This document shows positions 52,601 through 64,000 of a stretch of 64,000 nt of DNA, piece after piece. This DNA is from Auanema rhodensis (Eukaryota > Animalia > Nematoda), in contig OZ059899.1 of assembly GCA_964057225.1 (NCBI GenBank), positions 17,670,001-17,734,000 of the forward strand, read 5' to 3'. The position numbers and the translations under genes were made by a program. Positions within the stretch are counted from its first letter, which is position 1. Every line of letters starts with the position of its first letter. The notes beneath the pieces are model-generated. The model saw only the letters and a program-made list of their open reading frames with translations. It was not told where the DNA came from and made no database searches.

Positions 52601-55600
52601 ACGATGGACAATGTTATTCAACGAAAAAATTAATTCTGCAGGGTGAAAATCGAGGATATAAGTGTGAATTTATATCAGTTGATATCTCGGTGCATTTTTA
52701 AGCTAGCGCAAATCTGATAACACAGATCGACGCAGCTTAAAAATCCGCATCGAATGCACTATACTACATTGAAAAACGCTTAATACAAAAATTAGTTATG
52801 ATCGTTTGAAAAAAGATGCATTAGTGTATGTTGAGTTTCCATGTACACTCAACATTGCTTCCAAAAACATTTTGACAAAAATTTTTCCAAAAAATTTCAA
52901 AATAATTTCGCAAAAAGTAAATGTTTTTAGATTCCTTTTTTCAAGGCAAAGACGATGGACATTGTTATTCAACGAAAAAATTGATTCTGCAGGGTGAAAA
53001 TCGAGGATATAAGTGTGAACTTATATCAGTTGATATCTCGGTGCATTTTTAAGCTAGCGCAAATCTGATAACACAGCTCGACGCAGCTTAAAAATCCGCA
53101 TCGAATGCTTTATACAACATTGAGAAACGCTTAATACAAAAATTAGTTATGATCGTTTGAAAAATGATGCATTAGTGTATGTTGAGTTTCCATGTACACT
53201 CAACATTGCTTCCAAAAACATTTTGACAAAAATTTTTCCGAAAAATTTCAAAATAATTTCGCAAAAAGTAGATGTTTTTAGATTCCTTTTTTCAAGGCAA
53301 AGACGATGGACAATGTTATTCAACGAAAAAATTAATTCTGCAGGGTGAAAATCGAGGATATAAGTGTGAATTTATATCAGTTGATATCTCGGTGCATTTT
53401 TAAGCTAGCGCAAATCTGATAACACAGATCGACGCAGCTTAAAAATCCGCATCGAATGCACTATACAACATTGAGAAACGCTTAATACAAAAATTAGTTA
53501 TGATCGTTTGAAAAAAGATGCATTTGTGTATGTTGAGTTCCCATGTACACTCAACATTGCTTCCAAAAACATTTTGACAAAAATTTTTCCAAAAAATTTC
53601 AAAATAATTTCGCAAAAAGTAAATGTTTTTAGATTCCTTTTTTCAAGGCAAAGACGATGGACATTGTTATTCAACGAAAAACTTGATTCTGCAGGGTGAA
53701 AATCGAGGATATAAGTGTGAACTTATATCAGTTGATATCTCGGTGCATTTTTAAGCTAGCGCAAATCTGATAACACAGCTCGACGCAGCTTAAAAATCCG
53801 CATCGAATGCTTTATACAACATTGAGAAACGCTTAATACAAAAATTAGTTATGATCGTTTGAAAAATGATGCATTAGTGTATGTTGAGTTTCCATGTACA
53901 CTCAACATTGCTTCCAAAAACATTTTGACAAAAATTTTTCCGAAAAATTTCAAAATAATTTCGCAAAAAATAGATGTTTTTAGATTCCTTTTTTCAAGGC
54001 AAAGACGATGGACAATGTTATTCAACGAAAAAATTAATTCTGCAGGGTGAAAATCGAGGATATAAGTGTGAATTTATATCAGTTGATATCTCGGTGCATT
54101 TTTAAGCTAGCGCAAATCTGATAACACAGATCGACGCAGCTTAGAAATCCGCATCGAATGCACTATACTACATTGAGAAACGCTTAATACAAAAATTAGT
54201 TATGATCGTTTGAAAAAAGATGCATTAGTGTATGTTGAGTTTCCATGTACACTCAACATTGCTTCCAAAAACATTTTGACAAAAATTTTTCCAAAAAATT
54301 TCAAAATAATTTCGCAAAAAGTAAATGTTTTTAGATTCCTTTTTTCAAGGCAAAGACGATGGACATTGTTATTCAACGAAAAAATTGATTCTGCAGGGTG
54401 AAAATCGAGGATATAAGTGTGAACTTATATCAGTTGATATCTCGGTGCATTTTTAAGCTAGCGCAAATCTGATAACACAGCTCGACGCAGCTTAAAAATC
54501 CGCATCGAATGCTTTATACAACATTGAGAAACGCTTAATACAAAAATTAGTTATGATCGTTTGAAAAATGATGCATTAGTGTATGTTGAGTTTCCATGTA
54601 CACTCAACATTGCTTCCAAAAACATTTTGACAAAAATTTTTCCAAAAAATTTCAAAATAATTTCGCAAAAAGTAGATGTTTTTAGATTCCTTTTTTCAAG
54701 GCAAAGACGATGGACAATGTTATTCAACGAAAAAATTAATTCTGCAGGGTGAAAATCGAGGATATAAGTGCGAATTTATATCAGTTGATATCTCGGTGCA
54801 TTTTTAAGCTAGCGCAAATCTGATAACACAGATCGACGCAGCTTAAATATCCGCATCGAATGCTTTATACAACATTGAGAAACGCTTAATACAAAAATTA
54901 GTTATGATCGTTTGAAAAATGATGCATTAGTGTATGTTGAGTTTCCATGTACACTCAACATTGCTTCCAAAAACATTTTGACAAAAATTTTTCCGAAAAA
55001 TTTCAAAATAATTTCGCAAAAAGTAGATGTTTTTAGATTCCTTTTTTCAAGGCAAAGACGATGGACAATGTTATTCAACGAAAAAATTAATTCTGCAGGG
55101 TGAAAATCGAGGATATAAGTGTGAATTTATATCAGTTGATATCTCGGTGCATTTTTAAGCTAGCGCAAATCTGATAACACAGATCGACGCAGCTTAAAAA
55201 TCCGCATCGAATGCACTATACAACATTGAGAAACGCTTAATACAAAAATTAGTTATGATCGTTTGAAAAAAGATGCATTTGTGTATGTTGAGTTTCCATG
55301 TACACTCAACATTGCTTCCAAAAACATTTTGACAAAAATTTTTCCAAAAAATTTCAAAATAATTTCGCAAAAAGTAAATGTTTTTAGATTCCTTTTTTCA
55401 AGGCAAAGACGATGGACATTGTTATTCAACGAAAAAATTGATTCTGCAGGGTGAAAATCGAGGATATAAGTGTGAACTTATATCAGTTGATATCTCGGTG
55501 CATTTTTAAGCTAGCGCAAATCTGATAACACAGCTCGACGCAGCTTAAAAATCCGCATCGAATGCTTTATACAACATTGAGAAACGCTTAATACAAAAAT

Positions 55601-58339
55601 TAGTTATGATCGTTTGAAAAATGATGCATTAGTGTATGTTGAGTTTCCATGTACACTCAACATTGCTTCCAAAAACATTTTGACAAAAATTTTTCCAAAA
55701 AATTTCAAAATAATTTCGCAAAAAGTAGATGTTTTTAGATTCCTTTTTTCAAGGCAAAGACGATGGACAATGTTATTCAACGAAAAAATTAATTCTGCAG
55801 GGTGAAAATCGAGGATATAAGTGTGAATTTATATCAGTTGATATCTCGGTGCATTTTTAAGCTAGCGCAAATCTGATAACACAGATCGACGCAGCTTAAA
55901 AATCCGCATCGAATGCTTTATACAACATTGAGAAACGCTTAATACAAAAATTAGTTATGATCGTTTGAAAAATGATGCATTAGTGTATGTTGAGTTTCCA
56001 TGTACACTCAACATTGCTTCCAAAAACATTTTGACAAAAATTTTTCCAAAAAATTTCAAAATAATTTCGCAAAAAGTAGATGTTTTTAGATTCCTTTTTT
56101 CAAGGCAAAGACGATGGACAATGTTATTCAACGAAAAAATTAATTCTGCAGGGTGAAAATCGAGGATATAAGTGCGAATTTATATCAGTTGATATCTCGG
56201 TGCATTTTTAAGCTAGCGCAAATCTGATAACACAGATCGACGCAGCTTAAAAATCCGCATCGAATGCTTTATACAACATTGAGAAACGCTTAATACAAAA
56301 ATTAGTTATGATCGTTTGAAAAAAGATGCATTAGTGTATGTTGAGTTTCCATGTACACTCAACATTGCTTCCAAAAACATTTTGACAAAAATTTTTCCGA
56401 AAAATTTCAAAATAATTTCGCAAAAAGTAGATGTTTTTAGATTCCTTTTTTCAAGGCAAAGACGATGGACAATGTTATTCAACGAAAAAATTAATTCTGC
56501 AGGGTGAAAATCGAGGATATAAGTGCGAATTTATATCAGTTGATATCTCGGTGCATTTTTAAGCTAGCGCAAATCTGATAACACAGATCGACGCAGCTTA
56601 AAAATCCGCATCGAATGCACTATACAACATTGAGAAACGCTTAATACAAAAATTAGTTATGATCGTTTGAAAAAAGATGCATTAGTGTATGTTGAGTTTC
56701 CATGTACACTCAACATTGCTTCCAAAAACATTTTGACAAAAATTTTTCCAAAAAATTTCAAAATAATTTCGCAAAAAGTAAATGTTTTTAGATTCCTTTT
56801 TTCAAGGCAAAGACGATGGACCTTGTTATTCAACGAAAAACTTGATTCTGCAGGGTGAAAATCGAGGATATAAGTGTGAACTTATATCAGTTGATATCTC
56901 GGTGCATTTTTAAGCTAGCGCAAATCTGATAACACAGCTCGACGCAGCTTAAAAATCCGCATCGAATGCTTTATACAACATTGAGAAACGCTTAATACAA
57001 AAATTAGTTATGATCGTTTGAAAAAAGATGCATTAGTGTATGTTGAGTTTCCATGTACACTCAACATTGCTTCCAAAAACATTTTGACAAAAATTTTTCC
57101 GAAAAATTTCAAAATAATTTCGCAAAAAATAGATGTTTTTAGATTCCTTTTTTCAAGGCAAAGACGATGGACAATGTTATTCAACGAAAAAATTAATTCT
57201 GCAGGGTGAAAATCGAGGATATAAGTGTGAACTTATTTCAGTTGATATCTCGGTGCATTTTTAAGCTAGCGCAAATCTGATAACACAGATCGACGCAGCT
57301 TAAAAATCCGCATCGAATGCACTATACAACATTGAGAAACGCTTAATACAAAAATTAGTTATGATCGTTTGAAAAATGATGCATTAGTGTATGTTGAGTT
57401 TCCATGTACACTCAACATTGCTTCCAAAAACATTTTGACAAAAATTTTTCCAAAAAATTTCAAAATAATTTCGCAAAAAGTAGATGTTTTTAGATTCCTT
57501 TTTTCAAGGCAAAGACGATGGACAATGTTATTCAACGAAAAAATTAATTCTGCAGGGTGAAAATCGAGGATATAAGTGTGAACTTATATCAGTTGATATC
57601 TCGGTGCATTTTTAAGCTAGCGCAAATCTGATAACACAGATCGACGCAGCTTAAAAATCCGCATCGAATGCTTTATACAACATTGAGAAACGCTTAATAC
57701 AAAAATTAGTTATGATCGTTTGAAAAAAGATGCATTAGTGTATGTTGAGTTTCCATGTACACTCAACATTGCTTCCAAAAACATTTTGACAAAAATTTTT
57801 CCAAAAAATTTCAAAATAATTTCGCAAAAAGTAAATGTTTTTAGATTCCTTTTTTCAAGGCAAAGACGATGGACAATGTTATTCAACGAAAAAATTAATT
57901 CTGCAGGGTGAAAATCGAGGATATAAGTGTGAACTTATATCAGTTGATATCTCGGTGCATTTTTAAGCTAGCTCAAATCTGATAACACAGATCGACGCAG
58001 CTTAAAAATCCGCATCGAATGCACTATACTACATTGAAAAACGCTTAATACAAAAATTAGTTATGATCGTTTGAAAAAAGATGCATTAGTGTATGTTGAG
58101 TTTCCATGTACACTCAACATTGCTTCCAAAAACATTTTGACAAAAATTTTTCCAAAAAATTTCAAAATAATTTCGCAAAAAGTAAATGTTTTTAGATTAC
58201 TTTTTTCAAGGCAAAGACGATGGACAATGTTATTCAACGAAAAAATTAATTCTGCAGGGTGAAAATCGAGGATATAAGTGTGAACTTATATCAGTTGATA
58301 TCTCGGTGCATTTTTAAGCTAGCGCAAATCTGATAACAC

Positions 58340-58356
58340 AGATCGACAGTTATGAT
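58340..58356 (+). other. Junction of a 62-bp internal deletion (289-bp monomer)
   Basis: GATCGAC joins directly to AGTTATGA at 58347/58348. ORF starts 58071 and 58360 differ by 289 = 351-62. Confidence 0.93.
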
Positions 58357-58710
58357 TGTTTGAAAAAAGATGCATTAGTGTATGTTGAGTTTCCATGTAC
58401 ACTCAACATTGCTTCCAAAAACATTTTGACAAAAATTTTTCCAAAAAATTTCAAAATAATTTCGCAAAAAGTAAATGTTTTTAGATTTCTTTTTTCAAGG
58501 CAAAGACGATGGACAATGTTATTCAACGAAAAAATTAATTCTGCAGGGTGAAAATCGAGGATATAAGTGTGAACTTATATCAGTTGATATCTCGGTGCAT
58601 TTTTAAGCTAGCGCAAATCTGATAACACAGATCGACGCAGCTTAAAAATCCGCATCGAATGCACTATACTACATTGAAAAACGCTTAATACAAAAATTAG
58701 TTATGATCGT

Positions 58711-61700
58711 TTGAAAAAAGATGCATTAGTGTATGTTGAGTTTCCATGTACACTCAACATTGCTTCCAAAAACATTTTGACAAAAATTTTTCCAAAAAAT
58801 TTCAAAATAATTTCGCAAAAAGTAAATGTTTTTAGATTTCTTTTTTCAAGGCAAAGACGATGGACAATGTTATTCAACGAAAAAATTAATTCTGCAGGGT
58901 GAAAATCGAGGATATAAGTGTGAACTTATATCAGTTGATATCTCGGTGCATTTTTAAGCTAGCGCAAATCTGATAACACAGATCGACGCAGCTTAAAAAT
59001 CCGCATCGAATGCACTATACTACATTGAAAAACTCTTAATACAAAAATTAGTTATGATCGTTTGAAAAAAGATGCATTAGTGTATGTTGAGTTTCCATGT
59101 ACACTCAACATTGCTTCCAAAAACATTTTGACAAAAATTTTTCCGAAAAATTTCGAAATAATTTCGCAAAAAGTAGATGTTTTTAGATTCCTTTTTTTAA
59201 GGCAAAGACGATGGACAATGTTATTCAACGAAAAAATTAATTCTGCAGGGTGAAAATCGAGGATATAAGTGTGAACTTATATCAGTTGATATCTCGGTGC
59301 ATTTTTAAGCTAGCTCAAATCTGATAACACAGATCGACGCAGCTTAAAAATCCGCATCGAATGCATTATACTACATTGAAAAACGCTTAATACAAAAATT
59401 AGTTATGATCGTTTGAAAAAAGATGCATTAGTGTATGTTGAGTTTCCATGTACACTCAACATTGCTTCCAAAAACATTTTGACAAAAATTTTTCCAAAAA
59501 ATTTCAAAATAATTTCGCAAAAAGTAAATGTTTTTAGATTTCTTTTTTCAAGGCAAAGACGATGGACAATGTTATTCAACGAAAAAATTAATTCTGCAGG
59601 GTGAAAATCGAGGATATAAGTGTGAACTTATATCAGTTGATATCTCCGTGCATTTTTAAGCTAGCGCAAATCTGATAACACAGATCGACGCAGCTTAAAA
59701 ATCCGCATCGAATGCACTATACTACATTGAAAAACGCTTAATACAAAAATTAGTTATGATCGTTTGAAAAAAGATGCATTAGTGTATGTTGAGTTTCCAT
59801 GTACACTCAACATTGCTTCCAAAAACATTTTGACAAAAATTTTTCCGAAAAATTTCGAAATAATTTCGCAAAAAGTAGATGTTTTTAGATTCCTTTTTCA
59901 AGGCAAAGACGATGGACAATGTTATTCAACGAAAAAATTAATTCTGCAGGGTGAAAATCGAGGATATAAGTGTGAACTTATATCAGTTGATATCTCGGTG
60001 CATTTTTAAGCTAGCTCAAATCTGATAACACAGATCGACGCAGCTTAAAAACCCGCATCGAATGCATTATACTACATTGAAAAACGCTTAATACAAAAAT
60101 TAGTTATGATCGTTTGAAAAAAGATGCATTAGTGTATGTTGAGTTTCCATGTACACTCAACATTGCTTCCAAAAACATTTTGACAAAAATTTTTCCAAAA
60201 AATTTCAAAATAATTTCGCAAAAAGTAAATGTTTTTAGATTCCTTTTTTCAAGGCAAAGACGATGGACAATGTTATTCAACGAAAAAATTAATTCTGCAG
60301 GGTGAAAATCGAGGATATAAGTGTGAACTTATATCAGTTGATATCTCGGTGCATTTTTAAGCTAGCGCAAACCTGATAATACAGATCGACGCAGCTTAAA
60401 AATCCGCATCGAATGCACTATACTACATTGAGAAACGCTTAATACAAAAATTAGTTATGATCGTTTGAAAAATGATGCATTAGTGTATGTTGAGTTTCCA
60501 TGTACACTCAACATTGCTTCCAAAAACATTTTGACAAAAATTTTTCCAAAAAATTTCAAAATAATTTCGCAAAAAGTAAATGTTTTTAGATTTCTTTTTT
60601 CAAGGCAAAGACGATGGACAATGTTATTCAACGAAAAAATTAATTCTGCAGGGTGAAAATCGAGGATATAAGTGTGAACTTATATCAGTTGATATCTCGG
60701 TGCATTTTTAAGCTAGCGCAAATCTGATAACACAGATCGACGCAGCTTAGAAATCCGCATCGAATGCACTATACTACATTGAGAAACGCTTAATACAAAA
60801 ATTAGTTATGATCGTTTGAAAAAAGATGCATTAGTGTATGTTGAGTTTCCATGTACACTCAACATTGCTTCCAAAAACATTTTGACAAAAATTTTTCCGA
60901 AAAATTTCAAAATAATTTCGCAAAAAGTAGATGTTTTTAGATTCCTTTTTTCAAGGCGAAGACGATGGACAATGTTATTCAACGAAAAAATTAATTCTGC
61001 AGGGTGAAAATCGAGGATATAAGTGTGAACTTATATCAGTTGATATCTCGGTGCATTTTTAAGCTAGCGCAAATCTGATAACACAGATCGACGCAGCTTA
61101 ACAATCCGCATCGAATGCACTATACTACATTGAAAAACGCATAATACAAAAATTAGTTATGATCGTTTGAAAAAAGATGCATTAGTGTATGTTGAGTTTC
61201 CATGTACACTCAACATTGCTTCCAAAAACATTTTGACAAAAATTTTTCCAAAAAAATTCAAAATAATTTCGCAAAAAGTAAATGTTTTTAGATTCCTTTT
61301 TTCAAGGCAAAGACGATGGACAATGTTATTCAACGAAAAAATTAATTCTGCAGGGTGAAAATCGAGGATATAAGTGTGAACTTATATCAGTTGATATCTC
61401 GGTGCATTTTTAAGCTAGCTCAAATCTGATAACACAGATCGACGCAGCTTAAAAATCCGCATCGAATGCATTATACTACATTGAAAAACGCTTAATACAA
61501 AAATTAGTTATGATCGTTTGAAAAATGATGCATTAGTGTATGTTGAGTTTCCATGTACACTCAACATTGCTTCCAAAAACATTTTGACAAAAATTTTTCC
61601 AAAAAATTTCAAAATAATTTCGCAAAAAGTAAATGTTTTTAGATTTCTTTTTTCAAGGCAAAGACGATGGACAATGTTATTCAACGAAAAAATTAATTCT

Positions 61701-64000
61701 GCAGGGTGAAAATCGAGGATATAAGTGTGAACTTATATCAGTTGATATCTCGGTGCATTTTTAAGCTAGCGCAAATCTGATAACACAGATCGACGCAGCT
61801 TAGAAATCCGCATCGAATGCACTATACTACATTGAGAAACGCTTAATACAAAAATTAGTTATGATCGTTTGAAAAAAGATGCATTAGTGTATGTTGAGTT
61901 TCCATGTACACTCAACATTGCTTCCAAAAACATTTTGACAAAAATTTTTCCGAAAAATTTCAAAATAATTTCGCAAAAAGTAGATGTTTTTAGATTCCTT
62001 TTTTCAAGGCGAAGACGATGGACAATGTTATTCAACGAAAAAATTAATTCTGCAGGGTGAAAATCGAGGATATAAGTGTGAACTTATATCAGTTGATATC
62101 TCGGTGCATTTTTAAGCTAGCGCAAATCTGATAACACAGATCGACGCAGCTTAAAAATCCGCATCGAATGCACTATACTACATTGAAAAACGCTTAATAC
62201 AAAAATTAGTTATGATCGTTTGAAAAAAGATGCATTAGTGTATGTTGAGTTTCCATGTACACTCAACATTGCTTCCAAAAACATTTTGACAAAAATTTTT
62301 CCAAAAAATTTCAAAATAATTTCGCAAAAAGTAAATGTTTTTAGATTTCTTTTTTCAAGGCAAAGACGATGGACAATGTTATTCAACGAAAAAATTAATT
62401 CTGCAGGGTGAAAATCGAGGATATAAGTGTGAACTTATATCAGTTGATATCTCGGTGCATTTTTAAGCTAGCGCAAATCTGATAACACAGATCGACGCAG
62501 CTTAAAAATCCGCATCGAATGCACTATACTACATTGAAAAACGCTTAATACAAAAATTAGTTATGATCGTTTGAAAAAAGATGCATTAGTGTATGTTGAG
62601 TTTCCATGTACACTCAACATTGCTTCCAAAAACATTTTGACAAAAATTTTTCCGAAAAATTTCGAAATAATTTCGCAAAAAGTAGATGTTTTTAGATTCC
62701 TTTTTTCAAGGCAAAGACGATGGACAATGTTATTCAACGAAAAAATTAATTCTGCAGGGTGAAAATCGAGGATATAAGTGTGAACTTATATCAGTTGATA
62801 TCTCGGTGCATTTTTAAGCTAGCTCAAATCTGATAACACAGATCGACGCAGCTTAAAAATCCGCATCGAATGCATTATACTACATTGAAAAACGCTTAAT
62901 ACAAAAATTAGTTATGATCGTTTGAAAAAAGATGCATTAGTGTATGTTGAGTTTCCATGTACACTCAACATTGCTTCCAAAAACATTTTGACAAAAATTT
63001 TTCCAAAAAATTTCAAAATAATTTCGCAAAAAGTAAATGTTTTTAGATTTCTTTTTTCAAGGCAAAGACGATGGACAATGTTATTCAACGAAAAAATTAA
63101 TTCTGCAGGGTGAAAATCGAGGATATAAGTGTGAACTTATATCAGTTGATATCTCGGTGCATTTTTAAGCTAGCGCAAATCTGATAACACAGATCGACGC
63201 AGCTTAAAAATCCGCATCGAATGCACTATACTACATTGAAAAACGCTTAATACAAAAATTAGTTATGATCGTTTGAAAAAAGATGCATTAGTGTATGTTG
63301 AGTTTCCATGTACACTCAACATTGCTTCCAAAAACATTTTGACAAAAATTTTTCCGAAAAATTTCGAAATAATTTCGCAAAAAGTAGATGTTTTTAGATT
63401 CCTTTTTCAAGGCAAAGACGATGGACAATGTTATTCAACGAAAAAATTAATTCTGCAGGGTGAAAATCGAGGATATAAGTGTGAACTTATATCAGTTGAT
63501 ATCTCGGTGCATTTTTAAGCTAGCGCAAACCTGATAACACAGATCGACGCAGCTTAAAAATCCGCATCGAATGCACTATACTACATTGAAAAACGCATAA
63601 TACAAAAATTAGTTATGATCGTTTGAAAAAAGATGCATTAGTGTATGTTGAGTTTCCATGTACACTCAACATTGCTTCCAAAAACATTTTGACAAAAATT
63701 TTTCCAAAAAATTTCAAAATAATTTCGCAAAAAGTAAATGTTTTTAGATTCCTTTTTTCAAGGCAAAGACGATGGACAATGTTATTCAACGAAAAAATTA
63801 ATTCTGCAGGGTGAAAATCGAGGATATAAGTGTGAACTTATATCAGTTGATATCTCGGTGCATTTTTAAGCTAGCGCAAACCTGATAACACAGATCGACG
63901 CAGCTTAAAAATCCGCATCGAATGCACTATACTACATTGAAAAACGCTTAATACAAAAATTAGTTATGATCGTTTGAAAAAAGATGCATTAGTGTATGTT
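58711..64000 (+). repeat. 10-monomer (3509-bp) spaced duplication with an internal 3-monomer (1053-bp) duplication
   Basis: 1-bp-deleted monomers at 59764 and 63273 and TTCGAA monomers at 59062 and 62571 are each 3509 bp apart. GGCGAAG/TTAGAAAT monomers at 60816 and 61869 are 1053 bp apart. Confidence 0.8.

Larger units (their letters stand above)
1..64000 (+). repeat. Tandem satellite DNA array, 351-bp monomer, ~177-178 head-to-tail copies, extending beyond both window edges
   Basis: Sequence recurs every 351 bp (TGCAGGGTGAAAAT at 1, 352, 703...; ORF starts at 170, 521, 872...). Monomers differ by a few SNPs. The period is broken only by four 452-bp insertions, two deletions and a few 1-bp indels. 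109/351 G+C in the first monomer. Confidence 0.99.

Noticed and set aside
1-64000. CRISPR array, or 5S/SL/snRNA gene tandem cluster
   Set aside because: No unique spacers or cas genes, and I recognise no 5S rRNA, spliced-leader or snRNA sequence in the monomer. A diverged ncRNA cannot be excluded without an Rfam search.

Overview
The whole window is one head-to-tail tandem satellite array: about 177-178 copies of a 351-bp monomer (~31% GC by hand count), all in the same orientation and differing by a few SNPs. I see no credible protein or RNA genes; the repeated 63-aa TTG-start ORF is a by-product of the repeat. The only non-satellite DNA is a 372-bp insert present in four apparently identical copies (26367-26738, 27521-27892, 30430-30801, 31584-31955), each preceded by an 80-bp duplication of its own left junction. 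On the minus strand the insert reads as a 351-bp LTR-like segment (TGTTA...TAACT, two AATAAA), then an 18-nt primer-binding site (TGGGGGCCGAACCGGGAA) complementary to a mature tRNA-Pro 3' end including CCA, then stops after 3 more bases. It has no 4-6 bp target-site duplication and no satellite bases are lost. This matches a retrotransposon plus-strand strong-stop cDNA captured in the satellite and later amplified by nested 1154-bp and 4063-bp duplications; matching empty-site monomers lie upstream. The monomer carries four inverted repeats whose centres pair up about 176 bp apart. The array is divided into variant domains with short local higher-order repeats and two internal deletions (69 and 62 bp). 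The source is eukaryotic, possibly a nematode (inferred only from the tRNA-Pro tail).
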